Notes: generated from the sequence alone by a model not told the origin. A stretch of DNA of 64,000 nt from Nibricoccus sp. (GCA_047602425.1 JASGHG010000001.1:1696001-1760000), one strand, 5' to 3'; positions 10,830-20,911 are shown, counted from the first letter of the stretch. Numbers and translations are program-made.

Positions 10830-12068
10830 TCACCCCACGCGTTTACCCGCAACAAACACGCTATCCACGGGATTGCCGCCCAGCTCATGCGCCAGGAGGC
10901 GCTCATCGCGATGGCGCAGCAAAATCAGATCGGCGCGGCGACCCGGCTCGATCGTGCCACGATCGGAAAACCCAAGCACTGCCGCAGCGTTCACCGTTGT
11001 CGCCACGATTGCCTCTGCTGGCGTCAGCCCGCAGTAGCGCACCGCCAGCGCGATCACGAGCGGCATGGAAAACGTCGGCGCAGTCAGCGGATTGAAATTA
11101 CTTGCCAGCGCCAGCAGGCCGCCACTTTCCGCAAACGCACCAGCCCGCGCATAGCGGCGATCCAGGTGAAAACTCGTCGCCGGCGTCATCACGCCAATGG
11201 TATTCGACGCCGCGAGCGCAAGCATGTCCTCCTTTTTGGCGATTTCGAGATGGTCGACACTGCACATGAAAAATTTCAATGCCTCCGGAACCATGCCCAG
11301 CGACGCATAGAGATCCGATGCCACGCGCAGAGGCAGCCCGTGTTTGTGCGCGCGCTCGAACAACCGCTGGCACGCCTCTAACGGCCACGCGTCGGCGTCA
11401 CAATTCGCGTCGATTGTGATGCCCGGAAATTCGTGCCACACCGCCGGCAACATTTCCCGCACCACCATGCGTGTGTGCGTCGCCGGGTCGCCTTCAATCG
11501 CCTGTCCGAGCAAGGCGGTCGGCATCACCGTGCCCGCCCATTCCTGTTGCACGCGCTGGATTGCGTGAAGCATTTTCAACTCGTTGTCGATATTCAGTCC
11601 ATAACCACTCTTTACCTCTACGGTGGTCGTGCCTGCGCGCAACATCAAATCGAGCCGCGTGCGCAAACTGGCCGCGAGCTGCTTGCGCGTCGCTTCGCGC
11701 ACTCCTCGCACGATCGCGTGAATACCGCCGCCGCGTTTCTGGATTTCCTCAGGACGCACGCCGTTGAGCTGTTGCTCCCAATCGGGCAACGGATCCCCCG
11801 CCCAGCAAGCGTGCGTATGGCAGTCGATAAAACCCGGCATCAACACGCGGCCGTCCGCTTCGATGATTTCCGCGCCATTGGGAGCGGCGATTTCGTTGTC
11901 CACCGCCGAAATTTTTCCATTCACGACGAGCACATCGCCACGCGGGATTACGCCGAGTTCGCGCAACGCCGGTCCGCGTCGCGGCCGCACAGCACCGTCG
12001 GTCGCAGTCGCAGCCGACTTCGTTTCAGCGAGCGTCAAAACACGGGCGTGGCGGATGAGCAAGGTCAT
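10830..12068 (-). CDS. Imidazolonepropionase (HutI)-like amidohydrolase with a degenerate active site
   Basis: MPGFIDCHTH, GGGI, GTTTVEVKSGYGL, SVDHL, LASNFNP, ATTVNAA, GTIEPGRRADL are collinear with HutI, but several catalytic residues are substituted. Confidence 0.85.
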   Translation of the reverse strand: MTLLIRHARVLTLAETKSAATATDGAVRPRRGPALRELGVIPRGDVLVVNGKISAVDNEIAAPNGAEIIEADGRVLMPGFIDCHTHACWAGDPLPDWEQQLNGVRPEEIQKRGGGIHAIVRGVREATRKQLAASLRTRLDLMLRAGTTTVEVKSGYGLNIDNELKMLHAIQRVQQEWAGTVMPTALLGQAIEGDPATHTRMVVREMLPAVWHEFPGITIDANCDADAWPLEACQRLFERAHKHGLPLRVASDLYASLGMVPEALKFFMCSVDHLEIAKKEDMLALAASNTIGVMTPATSFHLDRRYARAGAFAESGGLLALASNFNPLTAPTFSMPLVIALAVRYCGLTPAEAIVATTVNAAAVLGFSDRGTIEPGRRADLILLRHRDERLLAHELGGNPVDSVFVAGKRVG

Positions 12069-12192
12069 GGATCGCGGGTATCTTGCGGCAAGCTGGCGCG
12101 CAGGAAAGCACGAATCACTCAACATCGACCTTTCCCACTTTGTGAGGCGATCCGTTTGCTTGCGCGTTGCGTGAACATAGTCCGCGCTTACC

Positions 12193-13371
12193 GTGAACTT
12201 TGTGTCGCGCGCCTCGAAACTTCTGCTGCCTGTCATCTACCTTGGCTTCATTAGCCTCGGGCTGCCAGATGGGGTGCTGGGCGTGGCGTGGCCCTCCATG
12301 CGTCAGACTCTCGGGCTTCCGCTTGGCCTCGCTGGGACGTTGCTGCTTGTGGTGACCCTGCTCTCCGGAGTTTCAAGTTTTTCCAGCGGTCGGATTCTTG
12401 CGCGTTTTCGAACGGGACCCGTTGTCATGGCAAGTTGCGCCCTGACCGGTTCAGCGCTGCTTCTCATCTCGCAAGCTCGCGGCGCCGCCTGGCTGTTCGC
12501 CGCCGCCGTTCCGCTGGGTTTTGGGGCGGGCGCAGTGGACGCGGGTCTCAATGCTTACGTCGCGCGCAACTACAGCGGACGACACATGAATTGGCTGCAC
12601 GCCTGTTGGGGAATCGGCGCAACCTGCGGCCCCGTTTTGATGACTTTCGCACTCACTCATGCGATCGGGTGGCGAGGAGGTTATTTCGCCCTCGGTACCA
12701 TCCAACTTTGTCTGGCCGCAATTTTCCTGTTCACGCTGGGTCTTTGGGCACAGCGGTCGCCTTCGCCCACCGTGACCGATCCGTTAACCACCGCCAAACC
12801 AAACGAACCCTCCGCGAAAGCCAACTCCGAGGCCGGCTGGCTTTCCGCGACGATTTTCGCCCTGTACGTCGCCGTGGAAGCCACTGCCGGCCTCTGGGCC
12901 TACACGCTCCTCACCGTGGGACGCGGTTTGCCACAATCCTCGGCTGGAACGTGCGTCGCTTTTTACTACGGATCGATCACCGGCGGCCGGATCGTGGCTG
13001 GCCTCGCCGTTGAACGCCTGGGGAATCGACAGATTGTGAAACTGGGTCTCGGCCTCGCTTCCGTCGGCGCGTTGCTGCTGACGTGCGCCTCCGACGCTCG
13101 TGCCGCGGGAATTGCACTTGCGTTGATTGGCGTTGGATTCGCCCCGGTCTATCCGTGTCTGATGCATGAGGTGCCAAAACGTTTCGCCACCAGCGCCACC
13201 TTCACCGTGATCGGGCGACAGTCTGGCGCGGCCTATATCGGCGGCGCCACGATGCCCGCCCTCATCGGCTGGTTGACCAGCGTCGTGTCGCTCGAAAGCA
13301 TCTGCTGGATTCTGCTGATGGGAATCGCGTCGCTTGTCACCACAATCCTTCGGCTCGATCGAATCACCTGA
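12193..13371 (+). CDS. MFS transporter
   Basis: About 12 hydrophobic segments; YLGFISLGLPDGVLGVAWP and GAVDAGLNAYVA...HMNWLHACWGIGA motifs. Confidence 0.9.
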   Translation: MNFVSRASKLLLPVIYLGFISLGLPDGVLGVAWPSMRQTLGLPLGLAGTLLLVVTLLSGVSSFSSGRILARFRTGPVVMASCALTGSALLLISQARGAAWLFAAAVPLGFGAGAVDAGLNAYVARNYSGRHMNWLHACWGIGATCGPVLMTFALTHAIGWRGGYFALGTIQLCLAAIFLFTLGLWAQRSPSPTVTDPLTTAKPNEPSAKANSEAGWLSATIFALYVAVEATAGLWAYTLLTVGRGLPQSSAGTCVAFYYGSITGGRIVAGLAVERLGNRQIVKLGLGLASVGALLLTCASDARAAGIALALIGVGFAPVYPCLMHEVPKRFATSATFTVIGRQSGAAYIGGATMPALIGWLTSVVSLESICWILLMGIASLVTTILRLDRIT

Positions 13372-13430
13372 ATCCGCCGCTTTGTTGTCATTTTAGCGTC
13401 AACTCTAACCCGACTATATTCCTAACATCC

Positions 13431-14126
13431 ATGCATTCCGCCCAACCAAAACTCGTCGTGCTTACAGGCGCGGGCATGAGCGCGGAGAGCGGCATTCCCA
13501 CTTTTCGCGGCAATGGCGGGCTTTGGGAAAACCACCGCGTCGAGGATGTTGCCACGCCCGCAGCCTGGGCGCGCGATCGCGAACTCGTCCTGCGTTTCTA
13601 CAATGAGCGACGTCGCAAAATGTGGAGCTGCGAGCCCAATGCCGGGCATTTCGGCCTGGCCGCCTTGGAATCGCAATTTCACGTCGAGGTCATCACCCAA
13701 AACATCGACAACCTCCACGAACGCGCTGGCAGCAGCCGCGTTTTGCATTTGCATGGCGAACTCAGCAAGGCCCGCAGCACGCTGAATCCTCAGCTCGTTT
13801 ACGATATCGGCGAACGTGACATTTTGTTGGGCGACAAATGCGAGCGCGGTTCGCAGCTCCGTCCCCATATCGTTTGGTTCGGCGAAGACGTGCCGCTGTT
13901 TTCCCGCGCCGCCGAGATTGTCGGCGAGGCCGACCTCGTCGTGATCATTGGCACATCGATGCAGGTCTATCCCGCAGCGTCGCTGATCGATTTCGCACCA
14001 CGTGGAGCGAAAGTTTTTCTCATCGATCCTCAGCCTTCGACAACCCGCCGTGGACTTACCGTTATTCCGATGGGAGCGAGCGACGGCGTCGCGCATCTCG
14101 CGCGTCTGCTGCAAGTCCGATCATAA
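13431..14126 (+). CDS. cobB: NAD-dependent protein deacylase (Sir2 family)
   Basis: LTGAGMSAESGIPTFR, FYNERR (YxxR), ITQNID, HLHG, RPHIVWFGE, IGTS. Confidence 0.93.
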   Translation: MHSAQPKLVVLTGAGMSAESGIPTFRGNGGLWENHRVEDVATPAAWARDRELVLRFYNERRRKMWSCEPNAGHFGLAALESQFHVEVITQNIDNLHERAGSSRVLHLHGELSKARSTLNPQLVYDIGERDILLGDKCERGSQLRPHIVWFGEDVPLFSRAAEIVGEADLVVIIGTSMQVYPAASLIDFAPRGAKVFLIDPQPSTTRRGLTVIPMGASDGVAHLARLLQVRS

Positions 14127-14143
14127 AACGCCACGTGTCCTCG

Positions 14144-14169
14144 CGATGCGCTCAACGATGTGCGCATCG
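14144..14169. promoter_or_regulatory. Palindrome upstream of the pectinase cluster (candidate operator)
   Basis: CGATGCGC-TCAACGATGT-GCGCATCG. The core GCTCAACGATGTG recurs as GCACAACGATGTG upstream of the GH2 gene. Confidence 0.4.
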
Positions 14170-14344
14170 TCGCAGTTGCGAACACGCCACGCCCGAGCAG
14201 GACTGCTATTCACCACATCGCGGATTCCGCGAAATACCCCACTACCCCCGCCAGAGTCCTGCATTTCATGCCCCACTTCGCGCATGCCTTCGCCATGCGT
14301 TCACCCCTTTTCAAACGGAATTGTTCCGTGTGATACCCAAAAAC

Positions 14345-15265
14345 ATGCATACTACCCCGCTCAAATCCCTCGCGCTGGCTACGCTGGCGCTTTGTCTCGC
14401 TCCCCTCGCTGTGTATTCAGCCGACGGTTACGGTCGCAAGGCCACCGGCGGCGCCGGCGGCACTTCCGTCACCGTCACCACCGCTGCCCAGCTCAAGCAA
14501 TATGCCGAATCAGCCACCACCTACATCATCACCGTCTCCGGCACGATTGATCTGGGTGACAGCGGCCGCGTGAATCTCAAATCGAACAAGACCCTCAAGG
14601 GAGCCAACTCGTCCGCCACGATCAAGGGCACAATCAACCTGAGCAGCGTCAACAACGTCATCATCCAGAATCTTAACGTCACCGCCAATACCGGCGCCGC
14701 GGCTTCGAACGATGGCATTTCCGTCAACGCTTCCACCAATGTGTTCATCACCAAGTGCACCATCTACGATTCCACTGACGGCAACCTCGATATTTGCAAA
14801 GGCTCCGACTACGTGACCGTTTCCTGGTGCAAATTTTATTACACCCGCGATAACGGCCACAACTTCTCCAACCTCATCGGTTCCTCCGACACCGACACCG
14901 GTGGCTATCACCACACGTGGCACCACAACTGGTGGAGCACCGGCTGCAAGCAGCGCATGCTGGCCGACCGTTTCGGCCCCTGCCACATGTACAACAACTA
15001 CTGGAATTGCGCAGGCAACGACTATTGCTCCACGGCGCGCAATGTCACCCAGATGCTCAGCGAAAACAATTACTACGACGGCGTGAAGAACCCGCTCGAC
15101 AAACAAAACAGCGGCAAGCTCAAGACCTCCGGCAACGTCTTCAACAACTGCACCGGCACCATGGTCACGAGCAACGACAGCGTTTTCACACCCGACTACG
15201 GTTACACGCTCGACACCGCCGCCAACGCCAAGACCCGCGTTCTCGCCGGCGCCGGCAACCGTTGA
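14345..15265 (+). CDS. Secreted pectate lyase, family PL1 (copy 1)
   Basis: Signal peptide, then ADGYG..ATGGAGG, LKSNKTL, NNVIIQNL, DGISV, DGNLDI, VTVSWCKF, HHNWW, QRM, HMYNNY, ENNYY. Confidence 0.9.
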   Translation: MHTTPLKSLALATLALCLAPLAVYSADGYGRKATGGAGGTSVTVTTAAQLKQYAESATTYIITVSGTIDLGDSGRVNLKSNKTLKGANSSATIKGTINLSSVNNVIIQNLNVTANTGAAASNDGISVNASTNVFITKCTIYDSTDGNLDICKGSDYVTVSWCKFYYTRDNGHNFSNLIGSSDTDTGGYHHTWHHNWWSTGCKQRMLADRFGPCHMYNNYWNCAGNDYCSTARNVTQMLSENNYYDGVKNPLDKQNSGKLKTSGNVFNNCTGTMVTSNDSVFTPDYGYTLDTAANAKTRVLAGAGNR

Positions 15266-15422
15266 TTCTTCACGGCGCGACTTCGTTCCTGACGACGCCT
15301 CCCTTCCGCAAAGCGTCGTCATCGCCGTCGCGCCCATCCCCTCGGGCTCCCCAAGCCCGCGAAAACTCGGCGGGGCGCGTTTGCTCCGCCGGCTAATAAC
15401 CAAACCCCAGTACCAATACCCC

Positions 15423-16328
15423 ATGTACACGAAAACGCTTCGCAGTCTCGCGGCCGTCGTTCTGGCCGCTTTCGCCACGCTCGGCACCCACGCCGCCGAT
15501 GGCTACGGTCGCAACACCACCGGCGGCGCCGGCGGCACCTCCGTCACCGTCACCACCGCCGCTCAACTCCACACGTATGCCGAATCCACGGCCGCCTACA
15601 TCATCACGGTTTCCGGGACGATCGATCTCGCCGGAACCAGCGTAAAGGTGAAATCCAACAAGACGATCCAGGGCGCCAATACTTCCGCCACGATCAAAAA
15701 TGGCGCCCTCGACCTCGGTGGCGGTGGAGTGAACAACGTCATCATTCAAAAACTAAATATTACGAATCCCAACGGCGATGGCGTCACCTGCTGGAGCGCG
15801 ACCAACGTTTTCTGCACGAAGGTCAACTTCTACGATTGCGGCGACGGCTGCTTCGACGTCACGCAGGGCGCGAGCAAAGTCACGGTTTCCTGGTGCAAGT
15901 TCTATTATCCGTCACAAGCCGACCACCGATTCTGCATGATCCTCGGCAATGTCGATGTCAGCCAAAACTACGAAACCACTCTCCATCACAATTGGTTTTC
16001 CAGCCGCTGCGACCAGCGCATGCCCTCGGGCAGTTACAGCATGGCCCACATCTACAACAATTACTTCAATTGTTCGGGTAACAGCTACTGCACCAACACT
16101 CGTGCCGGTGGCAACTGGATCGTCGAAAATAACTACTACCAAAGTGTGAAAAGCCCCCTCTACGAAGAAGGTGGCGGCAAGATCAAGTCGTCGGGCAACA
16201 CGTTCGCGAGTTGCACCGGCAACATCAACATCGCCACCGGCACCGGCTTCACCCTGCCCTACAGCTACACCTTGACCAGCACGAGCAGCGTGCCGTCCGT
16301 CGTGCAGGCCAGCGCGGGCAACAAGTAA
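15423..16328 (+). CDS. Secreted pectate lyase, family PL1 (copy 2)
   Basis: Signal peptide; TTGGAGG, VKSNKTIQG, NNVIIQ, DGCFDV, TLHHNWF, QRMP, HIYNNY. Confidence 0.9.
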   Translation: MYTKTLRSLAAVVLAAFATLGTHAADGYGRNTTGGAGGTSVTVTTAAQLHTYAESTAAYIITVSGTIDLAGTSVKVKSNKTIQGANTSATIKNGALDLGGGGVNNVIIQKLNITNPNGDGVTCWSATNVFCTKVNFYDCGDGCFDVTQGASKVTVSWCKFYYPSQADHRFCMILGNVDVSQNYETTLHHNWFSSRCDQRMPSGSYSMAHIYNNYFNCSGNSYCTNTRAGGNWIVENNYYQSVKSPLYEEGGGKIKSSGNTFASCTGNINIATGTGFTLPYSYTLTSTSSVPSVVQASAGNK

Positions 16329-16357
16329 ATCCGAATCGTACGACTTGAAATTCCCCC

Positions 16358-16393
16358 AACGGTTCGTGGAGCCCCGCTTCACGAACCGTTTTT
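16358..16393 (+). terminator. Intrinsic terminator inside the pectinase cluster
   Basis: AACGGTTCGTGGAGC-ccc-GCTTCACGAACCGTT-TTT, ending 15 nt before the next ATG. Confidence 0.75.
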
Positions 16394-16408
16394 CGCCGAA
16401 AAAACTCC

Positions 16409-17527
16409 ATGACCATACGAGCCCTCCACACCCTACTTCCGTTTGTAGTCGTCGCCCTGTCTGTCGCCCCCTGCCGGGCGGCCGAACCAGCACAACCCAC
16501 ACCAACCTCGCTGGAATTCGCCCAACTATCCGCCACCGACCTGCCCACGCTGAAATCCGCGCTCACCCGCGCCGGCTGGCCGAAATCCCACGTGCAAGCC
16601 TTGTTGAACGCCGAGATTCAGCGCCGCTTCAAAACCGACTTTACCCCGACTTTCGAAGACATGCGGACCTTCGAGTTCTGGCGCACCGGCCCCGACGCTC
16701 TTCCCCTCGCCCACCTCGATACGCCCGAACGCCGGAAGGAAATCGCCGAACGGGAAAACAAAGCCCGCGAAGCCTACGAATCGCTTTTCCCGGTTGTTGA
16801 GGAAGAATCCGGACCCTTAACCAAGTGGGAAGACCAACGCCGCTGGGGCAGCCTGTCCCAGGAAAAACGCGCCACCGTCGAAAAAATCCTGAAGTCTGCG
16901 GAACAGTTCCGCGACAAATTCCTCAAGGAGCGCGGCCGCATGCTCACCCGTGAAGAATGGGAAATGCTCTGGGCCGCCAATCGCGAATCCCGCAACCAGC
17001 TCGCGAAGGCGCTGACTCCCGACGAACTGCTCGATTACGATCTCCGAAATTCCAACACCGCCGCTCAAATGCGGGGCGAACTCGACAGCTTTGAGCCCAC
17101 GCGGGACGAATTTCTCGCGATCTTTCGTCTCCGCCATCCGCTCGAACTCAACTTCGAGGACAAGCCCAAGGATCTCTATCCCGACGTTGAAACCCAACGC
17201 GCAGCAGCCGAAAAACTCAGCACGCAAAAAATCGCCGAGTTACTCGGACCCGAGCGGTTCGATGACTACCAGCTCAGTCTCCAATCCGGCTGTCAGGTGC
17301 TTCGCTTCGATGGACGCTACGCCCGAATCAGCGCCGCTGAAGTGCGCTCGCTTTATCGCGTTTTCCTCGCCACCCAAGCCAAGTTAAAGGAGGCCGAAAC
17401 CCTGCCCGCCGCGGAAAAAGACCGCCGCACCGCCGAACTCAAGGCCAGCCTCTTCAGCCGTTTCCGCAGTTCGCTCGACGAAGAAGGCACTCGACGCTAT
17501 CTTCAGGAACAGGGCCTCTGGCCTTGA
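16409..17527 (+). CDS. Exported all-alpha hypothetical protein (paralogue of 38124-39386)
   Basis: Signal peptide; charged helical sequence with motifs ALTPDELLDYDLRNS, FEPTRDEF, LLGPERFDDY. Confidence 0.8.
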   Translation: MTIRALHTLLPFVVVALSVAPCRAAEPAQPTPTSLEFAQLSATDLPTLKSALTRAGWPKSHVQALLNAEIQRRFKTDFTPTFEDMRTFEFWRTGPDALPLAHLDTPERRKEIAERENKAREAYESLFPVVEEESGPLTKWEDQRRWGSLSQEKRATVEKILKSAEQFRDKFLKERGRMLTREEWEMLWAANRESRNQLAKALTPDELLDYDLRNSNTAAQMRGELDSFEPTRDEFLAIFRLRHPLELNFEDKPKDLYPDVETQRAAAEKLSTQKIAELLGPERFDDYQLSLQSGCQVLRFDGRYARISAAEVRSLYRVFLATQAKLKEAETLPAAEKDRRTAELKASLFSRFRSSLDEEGTRRYLQEQGLWP

Positions 17528-17536
17528 ACCTACCCC

Positions 17537-18709
17537 ATGAATATCTCGTCGTTACTTCAAAAAGTTTTATTCGGCGCCGCCGCGCTGACTCTCGTCGCAT
17601 TCGGATTTTTCCTCGGTCGTCAAAGCGCCAGGCAAACGGCAACCACCCCGTCACCCACAGCCAATACCACATTTGGCAGTGCGTTTGCTTCCACGCCTTT
17701 GCCGGCCGGGGAAACCGCCGAAGCCGCGAAAAGCCTCAGCGCTGCCAAAAAAACCTGGACGTCCCTCCAACAACAGTCGCCGTCGCCCACCACCGAAGAG
17801 TCGCAATGCGCCCAGCTGAAACTCATGGCCGCAATCAATCCGCAGCAAGCCCTTGAACTTGCCGCCAGCGCCGCCACGCCGCGCCAGCGCGAACTTTTCC
17901 GCAACGCCGCCCTTCAAGGCTGGGCCACGCGCGACTCCCATGCCGCCGCTGTTTGGACCTTGGCCAATGTTCGGTCCGAGGAACGGCGCGCCGCCGTGGA
18001 AGCCATCGCCGCCGGCGCGATCAGCCAGCCCGATGAGGCCATCCGCACTTTTCAACATCTCGTCACGGCCGACGCCCTGCTCGCCAGCGACCACGGCAAT
18101 GCGCTTGTCTACGCGTTTGCGCGCGCTGGAAACTTCGACATCGCCAGCCAGTTCGCCGCCACAGGTCCCGCCGAATTCCGCGCCGCATGGCTATCCACCG
18201 TCTATCACCAATGGGCGGGCTATCAGCCGCAAGTCGCCCTCGCCGCGCTCGATAAAATTTCCGATCCCGGCGCACGCAATGAAGCGCGCTCCGGTCTCTA
18301 CGCTGGCTGGAGCGGCACCGACCCCGCCAGCCTCGTCGCCCATGCGCAGACTCTCCCCCTCGGCGAAGCACGTCTCGAAGCCCTCAAAATGGGCCTCGAA
18401 CAATGGGTCCACCTCAACCCCGTCGCCGCGTCCGCCTGGATGGAAAAATTCGATCCCGCCCCCGATCTCGACGCCGGCGCCGCCGCCATTGCCGTCGCCC
18501 CCGCACTCGTGGAAAAAAAACCCGATATCGCCGTCAGCTGGGCCGAGAGCATTACCGATCCAGAACTCAGAGCCAATACGCTGCTCGATCTTATCCAGCT
18601 CTGGGCCCAGCACGATCCCAATGCCGCGCGTCGCTACGCCAGCACCAGCGCCGCCATCAATGCCGAACGCCGCGCGAGCATCCTCTCCTCGCTCGAACCC
18701 CCACCGTGA
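17537..18709 (+). CDS. Membrane-anchored alpha-helical repeat protein
   Basis: N-terminal TM segment; recurring W-x3-(D/N/Q)-P-x-A-A units (WATRDSHAA, WAGYQPQVA, WSGTDPAS, WVHLNPVAA, WAQHDPNAA). Confidence 0.8.
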   Translation: MNISSLLQKVLFGAAALTLVAFGFFLGRQSARQTATTPSPTANTTFGSAFASTPLPAGETAEAAKSLSAAKKTWTSLQQQSPSPTTEESQCAQLKLMAAINPQQALELAASAATPRQRELFRNAALQGWATRDSHAAAVWTLANVRSEERRAAVEAIAAGAISQPDEAIRTFQHLVTADALLASDHGNALVYAFARAGNFDIASQFAATGPAEFRAAWLSTVYHQWAGYQPQVALAALDKISDPGARNEARSGLYAGWSGTDPASLVAHAQTLPLGEARLEALKMGLEQWVHLNPVAASAWMEKFDPAPDLDAGAAAIAVAPALVEKKPDIAVSWAESITDPELRANTLLDLIQLWAQHDPNAARRYASTSAAINAERRASILSSLEPPP

Positions 18710-18760
18710 CTTTTCGTTTTCAGCCTCAGCATCCCACAACGACAGTATACCCCACGCATC

Positions 18761-19654
18761 ATGAAACGTCTGATCACCCTCCTCGCAGCGGCCGCTCTTG
18801 TGCCCGCCGCTTTTGCCGCCACCCGCAGCGTCCCCTCCCAATACTCCACCATCCAGGCCGCGGTCAACGCCGCCGCCGCCGGCGACACCATCAGCATCGC
18901 CAACGGCACGTATAACGAACAAGTCACCATCGCCAGCAGCAAGACCAAGCTGAACATCGTTGGCGCCAGTCAGACCGGCGTCATCCTTTCGTCCGGCGAT
19001 GGCCAGACTTCCCTGACGGTCAATGGCACGGATATCACGGTTTCGTACATGACGATTCGCAATACGCTGCTCAGCGGTTCCACCACGAGCCACGCCGTGC
19101 GCGTGAATAGCAAACGCGTTGAGTTCTACCGCTGCTACATTAACGGTTGGCAGGACACTTTTGCCATCTGGAATGACGCATTGGTCTACTGCAAATTTTG
19201 CGAAATCCGCGGTTGCGTGGACTACGTATACAGCGGCGGCACCGCCTTCTTCGAATCGACCAACGTCCGACAGGTCCGCACCACCGGCGGCGTCGACTGC
19301 GCGCCCAGCACGCCTCAAAACGTCACGTACGGTTTTGTCTTCAGTGGCTGCACCATCACTCGCGCCTCCGGCGTGGGCAGCAATAACTCCACGCTCATGC
19401 GTCCCTGGTACCCCTACGGCGCCACAGCGTATATCAACTGCACGATGGACGCCCACATCACCGCCGCTGGCTGGAGCCCTTGGGATGGACGCGAAGCCAC
19501 CTGCCGCGCCGCCGAGTATGGTAGCAAGACTCCCGCCGGCGCGACGATCAACCTCGCCACGCGCTCATCCTGGGTCAAACGCCTGACCTCCGCCCAAGCC
19601 GCCACGTATACCCGAAGCAACGTCCTCGGCGGCTGGACACCTCCGTTGCTCTAA
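18761..19654 (+). CDS. Secreted pectin methylesterase, family CE8 (copy 1)
   Basis: YSTIQAAVNAA, GTYNEQV, GWQDT, GCVDYVY, RPW motifs; signal peptide. Confidence 0.9.
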   Translation: MKRLITLLAAAALVPAAFAATRSVPSQYSTIQAAVNAAAAGDTISIANGTYNEQVTIASSKTKLNIVGASQTGVILSSGDGQTSLTVNGTDITVSYMTIRNTLLSGSTTSHAVRVNSKRVEFYRCYINGWQDTFAIWNDALVYCKFCEIRGCVDYVYSGGTAFFESTNVRQVRTTGGVDCAPSTPQNVTYGFVFSGCTITRASGVGSNNSTLMRPWYPYGATAYINCTMDAHITAAGWSPWDGREATCRAAEYGSKTPAGATINLATRSSWVKRLTSAQAATYTRSNVLGGWTPPLL

Positions 19655-19683
19655 CCAATACCCAGCAGTATCCGTTCGTTCTC

Positions 19684-19708
19684 GCCGGCCTTTTTTCGGA
19701 AGGCCGGC
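19684..19708 (+). terminator. Hairpin after CE8 copy 1 (possible terminator)
   Basis: GCCGGCCTT-7 nt-AAGGCCGGC with a weak U tail. Confidence 0.5.
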
Positions 19709-19840
19709 TGTTACGCAGGAGTTATTGCAGGGAGAAAGTCTGTTCAGATCTCCCATTCGATAACGGACTGATCGCTCCATCACTCTTCATTTTGGGCGGG
19801 CTCCAAAGTCCGCCTGTTGAACCCCCACACCCTGAAAACA

Positions 19841-20764
19841 ATGAATAATAGAATAAAAACACTAGCTCGTGCAGTCGTCTCAGCTGCATTGATCCCACTC
19901 GCGGCCATCTCAGTGCAGGCCGCCGACGGTTATGGTCGCAGCGCCACTGGCGGAACCGGCGGCGCCAACGTCACGGTCACCACGGCCGCCCAGCTCAAAC
20001 AGTATGCCGAATCGACCACCACCTACAATATCACCGTCTCCGGCACGATCGACGTAAACTCCACCGGAACCAGCGTAAAGGTGAAATCCAACAAGACCAT
20101 CAAGGGGGCCAACACCTCCGCCACGGTCAAGGGTTGCCTCGATCTGGGCAGCGGCGGCGTCAACAACGTCATTATCCAAAATCTCCGGATCACCAATCCA
20201 GGCGGCGATGGCATCACGCTGATGGGCGGCTGCACCAATGTGTTCATCACCAAGTGCGAGTTCTTCGACTGTGCAGATGGCTGCTGCGACATTGGCGACA
20301 GCGCCAACAACATCACGGTGTCGTGGTGCAAGTTTAACTACCCTTCACAGGCCGATCACCGTTTCACCATGATCCTCGGTCGCTCCACCGATCCAGCCGG
20401 CTACCTCAAGGTGACCCTTCACCACAACTGGTGGGCCAGCCGTTGCGACCAGCGCATGCCTTCCGGCAGCTACGGCCAAGGCCATCTCTACAATAACTAC
20501 TTCAACTGCTCAGGTAACAGCTACTGCACCAATGCCCGCGTCGGCTCCAACTGGCTCGTGCAAAACAGCTACTACCAGAGCGTGAAAAATCCGCTCTACG
20601 AGGAAGGCGGCGGCAAAATCAAGTCGTCCGGGAACACCTTCGCGAGTTGCACTGGCCTCATCAACGTAGCCACTGGTGCGGGTTTCACTCTGCCCTACGG
20701 CTACACGCTCGACGCCACAGCCAACGTACCCACTCGCGTCCAAGGCGGCGCGGGCAACCGCTGA
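19841..20764 (+). CDS. Secreted pectate lyase, family PL1 (copy 3)
   Basis: Signal peptide; ATGGTGG, VKSNKTIKG, DGITL, DGCCDI, VTLHHNWW, QRMP, HLYNNY. Confidence 0.9.
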   Translation: MNNRIKTLARAVVSAALIPLAAISVQAADGYGRSATGGTGGANVTVTTAAQLKQYAESTTTYNITVSGTIDVNSTGTSVKVKSNKTIKGANTSATVKGCLDLGSGGVNNVIIQNLRITNPGGDGITLMGGCTNVFITKCEFFDCADGCCDIGDSANNITVSWCKFNYPSQADHRFTMILGRSTDPAGYLKVTLHHNWWASRCDQRMPSGSYGQGHLYNNYFNCSGNSYCTNARVGSNWLVQNSYYQSVKNPLYEEGGGKIKSSGNTFASCTGLINVATGAGFTLPYGYTLDATANVPTRVQGGAGNR

Positions 20765-20781
20765 TTTCCCTCAGCCAACAA

Positions 20782-20812
20782 AAAAGCCGGCGTGGCACCC
20801 ACGTCGGCTTTT
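20782..20812 (+). terminator. Intrinsic terminator after PL1 copy 3
   Basis: AAAAGCCGGCGTG-gcacc-CACGTCGGCTTTT. Confidence 0.75.
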
Positions 20813-20911
20813 GTCCACCCGGAAAATCTCGGGCCACACCGCTTCAGATTTCCCGTGAACTCCAGCTGACAACAAAAGCAAAAAAACAAAACCACATAAC
20901 TGATCCATAAC

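Noticed and set aside
13431..14126. Sir2 protein as an anti-phage defence effector
   Set aside because: It is a short standalone CobB-type deacylase with housekeeping motifs and no defence partners nearby.
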